Shown here: positions 61,601-64,000 of the stretch, one piece after another
How the letters are laid out: each line of letters opens with the position of its first letter
Position numbering within the stretch: position 1 is the stretch's first letter
The notes under the pieces: generated by a model
Seen by the model: only the letters and a program-made list of their open reading frames with translations
The model's database searches: none
What the model was told of the DNA's origin: nothing
Program-made: the position numbers and the translations under genes
Source of the DNA: Acidobacteriota bacterium
GTDB lineage: Bacteria; Acidobacteriota; Blastocatellia; RBC074
NCBI GenBank assembly: GCA_016789605.1
Contig: JAEUQO010000341.1
Span: 7,751 to 71,750, forward strand
DNA length: 64,000 bases
Reading direction: 5' to 3'

Positions 61601-64000
61601 CTGGGCAACCTGGTCTGGAAAGACCTCGACAACGACGGGCAGCGCGACCTGACGCCCACGCCGGAAGCTGGCGTCGGCAACGTCACGGTTGAGTTGTATC
61701 GCGAAGCCAACGGCACGGGCGGATTGCAAATCGGCAGTGACACGCTGATTGGTACGACAACGACCAGCGCGGTGCCTGCGACCTTGGGGCAATACTCCTT
61801 TGGCAACTTGCCTCCGGCGGTGTACTACGTGCGCATTCCGGCGGCAGAGTTCGCCACAGGCGGTGATCTGGCAGGCTGTCTCAGCTCAACGCCGACTGAC
61901 CTCGATCCGAACAACGATCAGGACAACGATGACAACGGCATTGACAGCGCCACTCCTCCCGCGAGCGGCATTGCCACCGGCCCCATCGTCTTGATCGGCA
62001 GCAGGGAGCCGGATACCGCGGTTGACGGCGACAACAACAACGGAAACCAAACCATTGACCTGGGCTTCTATCCGCCGATGTCGTTGGGCAATCTGGTCTG
62101 GAAAGACCTCGACAACGACGGTCAGCGCGATCTGACGCCCACGCCGGAACCCGGTGTTGGCAATGTCACGGTCGAACTCTATCGCGACAATGGCAACGGT
62201 CAGCTTGATCTGCCGGGCGACACGTTGACGGCGGTGACGACAACCAGCAACGCGTCGGCCACGCTCGGAGCCTACAGCTTCAACAACCTTTCGCCGGGCA
62301 ATTACTTTGCGCGTATTCCTGCCGCAGAGTTCCAACCAGGCGGCAGTCTGGTCGGTTGCCAAAGCTCTACGCCGACGGTGACTGACCCGAACAACAACGT
62401 GGACAACGACGACAACGGCATTGATAGCGCCAATCCGGCCAGTAACGGCGTCACGACCGGTCTGATCGTGCTCGTTGGCACAACCGAACCTGACACGGCG
62501 GTGGATGGCGATGACACCAATGGCAACCAGACGGTGGACTTCGGCTTCTTTGCGCCGCTCAGTTTGGGCAACCTGGTGTGGAAAGATTACGACAATGATG
62601 GTCAGCGCGATCTGACCCCGACGCCGGAACCCTGCGTGGCCAACGTCACGGTCGAACTCTTCCGCGATAACGGCAACAGCACCTTTGAACCGGGTACGGA
62701 TCAACTGGTGACCAGCGTGCTCACGGCGACAAACGGCGAATACCGGTTCAACAATCTGCAACCCGGTAACTACTTCGTGCGTGTCGCTCCGGGCGAGTTC
62801 ACCTCGGGCGGTGATCTGTTCGGTTGCGCCAGTTCGACGCCGACGGTCAGCAATCCGAACAACGACGTAGACAACGACGACAACGGCATTGACAACGCCA
62901 ACCAGCCAGTCAATGGCGTCGTCAGCGGCTTGATTGCGTTGCAGGCGGGCACCGAACCTGACACGGCGGTGGATGGTGATGGCACCAGCGGCAACCAGAC
63001 GATTGACTTCGGGTTCTTCACGCCGATGACCTTGGGCAATCTGGTGTGGAAAGACCTGAACGACAACGGCAAGCGCGATACGTCGCCTGCGCTCGAACCG
63101 GCGGTCGCCAATGTCACGGTCGAACTTTTCCGCGACAACGGCAACAACACCTTTGATCCGCCGAACGATCCGCTGGTGGATTCAAAGACCACCAACAGCA
63201 ACGGCAACTACCAATTCACCAACCTGCCGCCGGGCAATTACTTCGTGCGCTTGCCAGCCAGCAACTTCACCAGCGGTGGCGCGTTGTTTGGTTGCAGCAG
63301 CAGCTCTGTCACGGCCAGCGACCCGAATACGGACGTTGACAATGACGACAACGGGCTGAACACGAGCAACCCGCCTGCGGCGGGAGTCGCCAGCGGTTTG
63401 GTGATCCTGGTGGGCAACAGCGAACCCGACACGCAAGTGGACGGCGACGGTCTGTTTGGCAACCAGACGGTGGACTTCGGATTCGTGACCGGTAGCCTGC
63501 AATTGGGCAACCTGGTGTGGAAAGACACCAACGGCAACGGGTTGCGCGAAGCCACTGAACTGCCGGTCGCCAATGTGCTGCTCGAACTGTTCCGTGACAG
63601 CAATGGTAACCAGAGTTTGCAGCCGGGCACTGACACGCAGGTCGCAACCACGACCACCGATGCCAACGGCAAGTATCTGTTTGCCAATCTGACGCCGGGC
63701 GATTACTTCGTCCGCGTCGCGAGCAGTAACTTTGCGGGCAACGGGCCGCTGGCTGGTTGCGTCAGCACGCTGGGCAGCCAAACCGCCAACAACGACCGCG
63801 ACAACGATGACAACGGCTCGGATAGTTTGAATCCGGCGGCCAATCCTCCGGCGTCGAGCGTTATCACCCTGACCCAAAACGGCGAACCTGACACCGCCGT
63901 GGATGGTGATGATCGTAACGGCAACCAGACGATTGACTTCGGCTTCTACAATCCGCTGACGGTGAGCATTACCGATCCGGCGACTTGTGTGGGACCGGGT
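49610..64000 (+). CDS. Giant secreted repeat protein (unknown head domain, GEVED domain, more than 20 SdrD-B-like Ca-binding modules), 3'-truncated by the window edge and absent from the supplied ORF track
   Basis: Hand translation in the frame starting at 49610 is open to nt 64000. A TGA at 49592-49594 closes the frame upstream. GTG 49790 is an alternative start giving the signal peptide VVLSLLVLLVILTTSAVFLTSTARA/FGW. No + strand ORF in this frame appears in the track, consistent with one unterminated ORF. Motifs are FYDFGDAPDP...SGEVEDY (GEVED domain, about 52740-53215) and repeated LGNLVWKDxDNDGxRD...NGxYxFxxLxPGxYFVRI...GCLSST...DNDDNG...VDGDDxNGNQTVDFGFY. Confidence 0.9.
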   Translation, partial: MQITHTLTQFIRTLLGALSRRRRAHIAGAKTKAKHNSESGGPAQPGRSPELSPRLLARNGVFQRGRVVLSLLVLLVILTTSAVFLTSTARAFGWSQAYTKVASVLSNGKQYLSAWMGGANGSELTPAACTLTQEVTVSSCYYTTGSRATVSVEVAWTGAINGDTITVSLDGGAQTRTIKPESLYDPGTGSAVAGPISSPQVVAFEITADGAAHTISSSLSGAMSCGAGTTNFNAPAGCVPNLCTSGELGGTVYFDYDADGVKDSGETNGAAGVTVMAFDVNGTTYSATSDSAGRYEFSAANGNAIPAGSYPVRLEFTNLPASGFQTTTPHGANNSTSVQFAASSACNFDLGVMEQIGFCQDNPYVVTPCYVNGDPAPTSGSNLAGDGDALVAFPYNSSGGPTPATMLHLATARQVGSVWGVAYNKFTKKVFTSAMLRRHVGLGPQGLGGMYVTDMTVPASATTSNFIDVVADLGIDVGQASVPSVATRGLSSNKTNPSYDTAVFGLVGKVGIGDIDISDDGNTLWFVNLFDKKLYGLDLTAYNTSNTLPTSAEILFSTTIPGPTCTNGTIRPWGAKFKGGKLYAGSVCDASSGGSSDLRARVSYFDPSTNLWTTAFEFPLTYPKGFPIFSLPQATGWYRWTDSFAEVTTFNGLFDAGFGTGTMVERPQPILSDIEFDLDGTMILTLMDRQGLQLGYMNYGPNSPDTTLYMTSVGGDVLRAFSSNGAYILENNAQAGPETGAGPNNNQGPGFGEFYNDNWIVNGFLAHTEHSMGALALKPGSGETINVVIDPVNNTPNSGGVRWLSNTSGQPNRSYNVYTGSANGGVGGNGLFGKAVGLGDVELTCEPVSYLEIGNRLWMDTDRDGVQDPGEMPIAGVTLRLYTPAGRDGIAGNADDLTPIATAVTDANGTFYFTSQDANEDGIPDSDANTANNTGLVGGGAANPTYPAIQPNTRYVIRADRPQDYQSGGALYGKLLTAADFGSGTLGSPADLRDSDAALANVLGIAGGNFPEVEVKHLVNGAPTNGTGAFGEDDHTLDMGFQAFYDFGDAPDPTFPTLLANNGARHVIVAGVHLGAGVDDDADGQPGVNHDGDDNDVDGDDEDGVVLPTLIAGQTATIQVTASVAGILNGWIDWNNDGSWGAGEQIFNDLAVVAGINNLNINVPLGAVQATVCTRFRFVAAADGNAAVNSPTGQAPSGEVEDYPATVLKNISLGNQVFYDTNNNGLRDGGEAGINGVVVELYADSDMNGTPDTAFPLDRKTTATVGLTDGLFLFTQQTLNTTTGVALGAPIGLIPGKYVVCLPASNFTGTGALVGLWSSGTTAGLTGATTETTAPDPNTGGAVSNPGIDNDDNGTRDGSGKVLSRTIDVGINEPLTENPYNNNDATVPDTLSNLTVDFGFYGLSVGNLVFNDGGAGGNYNNAAFDSGETGIGGVTVRLYAENGTSLLMTKTTDNNGKYLFPGLAAGKYYVEVVRDAVLNGFVSSRDGVNVNNTNAADSDDNGPQANVTPSAVRSPQIMLVAGDSTATGESDQAQSASPGFGNPAMTDNAATPDANSNLEVDFGFVRVYSLGNRVWKDLDNSGTLNGSEVGIDNVTLRLLVSPALTQATDLYGATIADQTTASGGYFRFDNVPRGDYVIEVRATNFSGVLNGCISSTADAGDPDTDTDDSDDNGVGSTPNVSNGIRSVAVTLGEGSGTAEPINDNDPATNPQTNEAPDNQSNRTVDFGFTPIYSLGNRVWKDLNNSGTIDAADGGTPGVDGVIVRLLNANTLAQATDYTGALVADQTTSGGGYYRFDNLLAGDYVAEVRAANFTGVGVLVGCMSSSADAGDPDTDVDDSDDNGVGIAPNVTTGIRSAAITLGPAVGSEPTNDNDPATNPLPGEARNDQSNRTLDFAFVPVYSLGNRVWEDRNNNGAFDGGENSIDGVFVRLLDGTGAPASDIFGTPVPDQTTSGGGYYRFDNLLTGDYIVEIISANFTSGVLQGTVSSVPDAGDPDVDQDDNDDNGVGVFPGANGVRSLAVTLGPGLGTEPTTDNDPTTNPLPGEAPNGQSNRTVDFGFVRVYSLGNRVWRDLNNSGTIDAADGATPGIAGVQVRLLDSAGVLSARDIEGKVISPVVTDTDGCYRFDLLPAGDYIVEIGAVSFQTGGPLVNHTSSTGAFATTGPNEPGPDPDTNPNDNDDNGTMQYANNTPLSARSAVITLGEGNGQQEPTPDADECVGDPGAFTTDNQSNLTVDFGFVPLLSLGNVVWKDVNNNGIFEPPAETGVALVTLNLYRDNGATPGAFDAGDTLVTSTVSSGGSVGTEGRYLFTGLLPGDYLVQVAPLNFQAGGALLGCLSSTTTTPDPDTPLPIGGTDDDDNGIDNPTPATGGIVSGVISLFPFGEPDTPIDTDGTLGNLTLDFGFYSTLNLGNLVWKDNDNDGTRDAGEPGIDGVAVELFLDRNNNNTLEPTGGDAPAFATTSTVNGGFYNFTGLVPGNFFVRIPPTEFQGPNGRLLNCFSSTPSETTPNNDVDNNDNGLQQGTPATDGVYSGLVTMQPNTEPDTNVDTDGRSGNLTVDFGFYGQVSLGNLVWKDMNNNGLRDNGEPGVGDVTVLAYRDDGNNTFDLPADQLAGTATTSTAPATLGQYLFPNLAPGNYFVVIPAAEFQAGGDLFGCLSSTQTATDPNAPPAVGGVDNDDNGLDNPAPASNGIVSGLVSLTQNGEPPANLDGDDANGNLTVDFGFYSPMTLGNLVWKDVNNNGVRDLAPTPEAGIGNVTVQLYRDNGDGQFVLGPDVFVTSTTTSTAPATLGQYQFPGLLPGNYFVVIPAAEFQTGGDLAGCLSSTPTELNPNADGDNNDNGLNSTTPATTGITSGLVTLLSQTEPPVVTDGDDINGNQTVDFGFYATLTLGNLIWKDYDNDGVRDLTPTPEPVVPNVTIELFADRNNNNTFEPNGADAPRVAVTVTDANGLYQFSNLLPGDYFVLVSASNFQTGQPLAGCLSSTGADTTDQVDNNDNGLDSATAANNGIVSTRVTLTGLGEPAAGVDGDDTNGNQTIDFGFYPPLSLGNLLWKDLDNDGVFDNNEPLVNGVTVELFLDRNNSNSLEPTGADAPVLQTTVSANGGKYQFNGLAPGTYFVRIAASNFAPGGVLEGCLSSTGNDPGDSTDNNDNGIDNPTPTNGGVVTPPIPVSGNTEPPTNVDGDGPNGNQTIDFGFIPQMGLGNLVWKDNNNNGVVDAGEPGIGNVTVELYRETNSTAGLQLGGGGDTLAGSVTTSAVPATLGQYNFTNLVPGTYYVRIPAAEFAVGGDLAGCFSSTVTTTNPNLPPNVGGVDNDDNGLDAATPATTGLNTDAIVLVGSLEPPLPVDGDDNNGNQTIDLGFYPPMSLGNLVWKDYDNDGQRDTANPAEPGVGGVTVELWRDNGDGVFNPASDGAPAGTPLTTSTSSAPATLGQYQFTGLLPGNYFVRIPAAEFAVGGDLAGCLSSTVSDLTPNNDEDNDDNGPDNLTPATGGIVSNLVTLLGNSEPPPGVDGDDANGNQTVDFGFYTPMTLGNLVWKDYDNDGVRDLTPTPEPGVANVVVELYRDNGNNSFQPNADTLVTTTTTGANGDYSFSNLPPGVYFVRLAASNFASGGVLAGCLSSTGADNGDVDNNDNGVDGSNPPLDGIVSTPVTLINTTEPNTPVDGDDTNGNQTIDFGLYAPLTLGNLVWKDYDNDGVRDTANPAEPGVAGVTVQLYRETNSTPGLQLGGGGDTLAGTAQTDTLGLYSFNGLVPGDYYVRIPETEFATGGDLAGCLSSEPTEATPNSDGDNNDNGVNNPTPQTSGIASGVVTLTGNSEPTNDGDGPNGNQTVDFGFIPQMTLGNLLWKDFDNDGVRDTVNPVEPGVGNVTLELYRETNGTAGLQLGGGGDQLVGTTTTSNTPATLGQYSFTGLAPATYYVRIPAAEFATGGDLAGCLSSEPTELDPNADGDNNDDGVNNPNPGVNGINSGPVVLIGNSEPANEGDGTNGNQTVDFGFIPQMTLGNLVWKDLDNDGQRDLTPTPEAGVGNVTVELYREANGTGGLQIGSDTLIGTTTTSAVPATLGQYSFGNLPPAVYYVRIPAAEFATGGDLAGCLSSTPTDLDPNNDQDNDDNGIDSATPPASGIATGPIVLIGSREPDTAVDGDNNNGNQTIDLGFYPPMSLGNLVWKDLDNDGQRDLTPTPEPGVGNVTVELYRDNGNGQLDLPGDTLTAVTTTSNASATLGAYSFNNLSPGNYFARIPAAEFQPGGSLVGCQSSTPTVTDPNNNVDNDDNGIDSANPASNGVTTGLIVLVGTTEPDTAVDGDDTNGNQTVDFGFFAPLSLGNLVWKDYDNDGQRDLTPTPEPCVANVTVELFRDNGNSTFEPGTDQLVTSVLTATNGEYRFNNLQPGNYFVRVAPGEFTSGGDLFGCASSTPTVSNPNNDVDNDDNGIDNANQPVNGVVSGLIALQAGTEPDTAVDGDGTSGNQTIDFGFFTPMTLGNLVWKDLNDNGKRDTSPALEPAVANVTVELFRDNGNNTFDPPNDPLVDSKTTNSNGNYQFTNLPPGNYFVRLPASNFTSGGALFGCSSSSVTASDPNTDVDNDDNGLNTSNPPAAGVASGLVILVGNSEPDTQVDGDGLFGNQTVDFGFVTGSLQLGNLVWKDTNGNGLREATELPVANVLLELFRDSNGNQSLQPGTDTQVATTTTDANGKYLFANLTPGDYFVRVASSNFAGNGPLAGCVSTLGSQTANNDRDNDDNGSDSLNPAANPPASSVITLTQNGEPDTAVDGDDRNGNQTIDFGFYNPLTVSITDPATCVGPG
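54317..63955 (+). repeat. In-frame tandem array of 21 repeat units of about 460-540 bp inside the giant ORF
   Basis: The (C/T)TGGGCAA(C/T) motif encoding LGN starts at 54317, 54809, 55313, 55799, 56336, 56831, 57302, 57788, 58268, 58739, 59201, 59696, 60188, 60647, 61118, 61601, 62084, 62564, 63032 and 63503. More divergent copies lie at about 52168, 53250 and 53825. Confidence 0.9.

Noticed and set aside
53177-63924. Long minus-strand ORFs (53177..54211, 54410..56230, 56483..57583, 57665..59902, 60005..61792, 61886..62761, 63182..63877 and many shorter ones) that could be read as a cluster of genes.
   Set aside because: Their translations are extreme R/V/A/G/I low-complexity with no motifs. 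They all lie antisense to a continuous + strand frame that translates into recognisable SdrD-B/GEVED-type sequence. They are open-frame artefacts of codon bias.

Overview
64-kb chromosomal window from a moderately GC-rich bacterium. The gene content (many TPR/CHAT proteins, a Ser/Thr-kinase-FGE fusion, a giant SdrD-B-repeat protein) resembles Acidobacteriota-like genomes, but this is inference only. The window opens inside gyrA and is mostly housekeeping or envelope genes: argH, a class-I aminotransferase, carD/cdnL, lptD, tex, a NUDIX hydrolase, an RND pump, a Crp/Fnr regulator and several hydrolases. I recognised no rRNA, tRNA, CRISPR array, transposase or integrase. Three regions stand out. 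(1) 3418-11934 is a tightly coupled cassette: a cysteine-free beta-rich protein, a CHAT (caspase-like) protease with a double zinc ribbon, a 1264-aa TPR protein ending in a full FlhA/FHIPEP cytoplasmic domain, a second protein made of FlhA-C-like modules, and an Sm-like protein. Neither FlhA-C protein has the FHIPEP membrane domain and no other flagellar or T3SS gene is present. This is my best candidate for an undescribed system. (2) 40146-46915 is a second locus, a secreted PPC-TPR-CHAT protein flanked on both sides by opposite-strand paralogues of an unknown regulator-like family. (3) The largest gene in the window, 49610 to beyond 64000 (at least 4797 codons, + strand), is missing from the supplied ORF track because it has no stop codon inside the window. 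It encodes a giant surface protein with an unknown head domain, a GEVED domain and more than 20 tandem SdrD-B-like modules. The long minus-strand ORFs listed across it are antisense artefacts. Smaller observations are a pseudo-receiver LuxR regulator, a 7-nt tandem repeat inside a signal-peptide coding region, an AT-rich 600-bp spacer between convergent genes carrying a 19-bp perfect inverted repeat, and a ferric-reductase-TM::Rieske membrane cluster.
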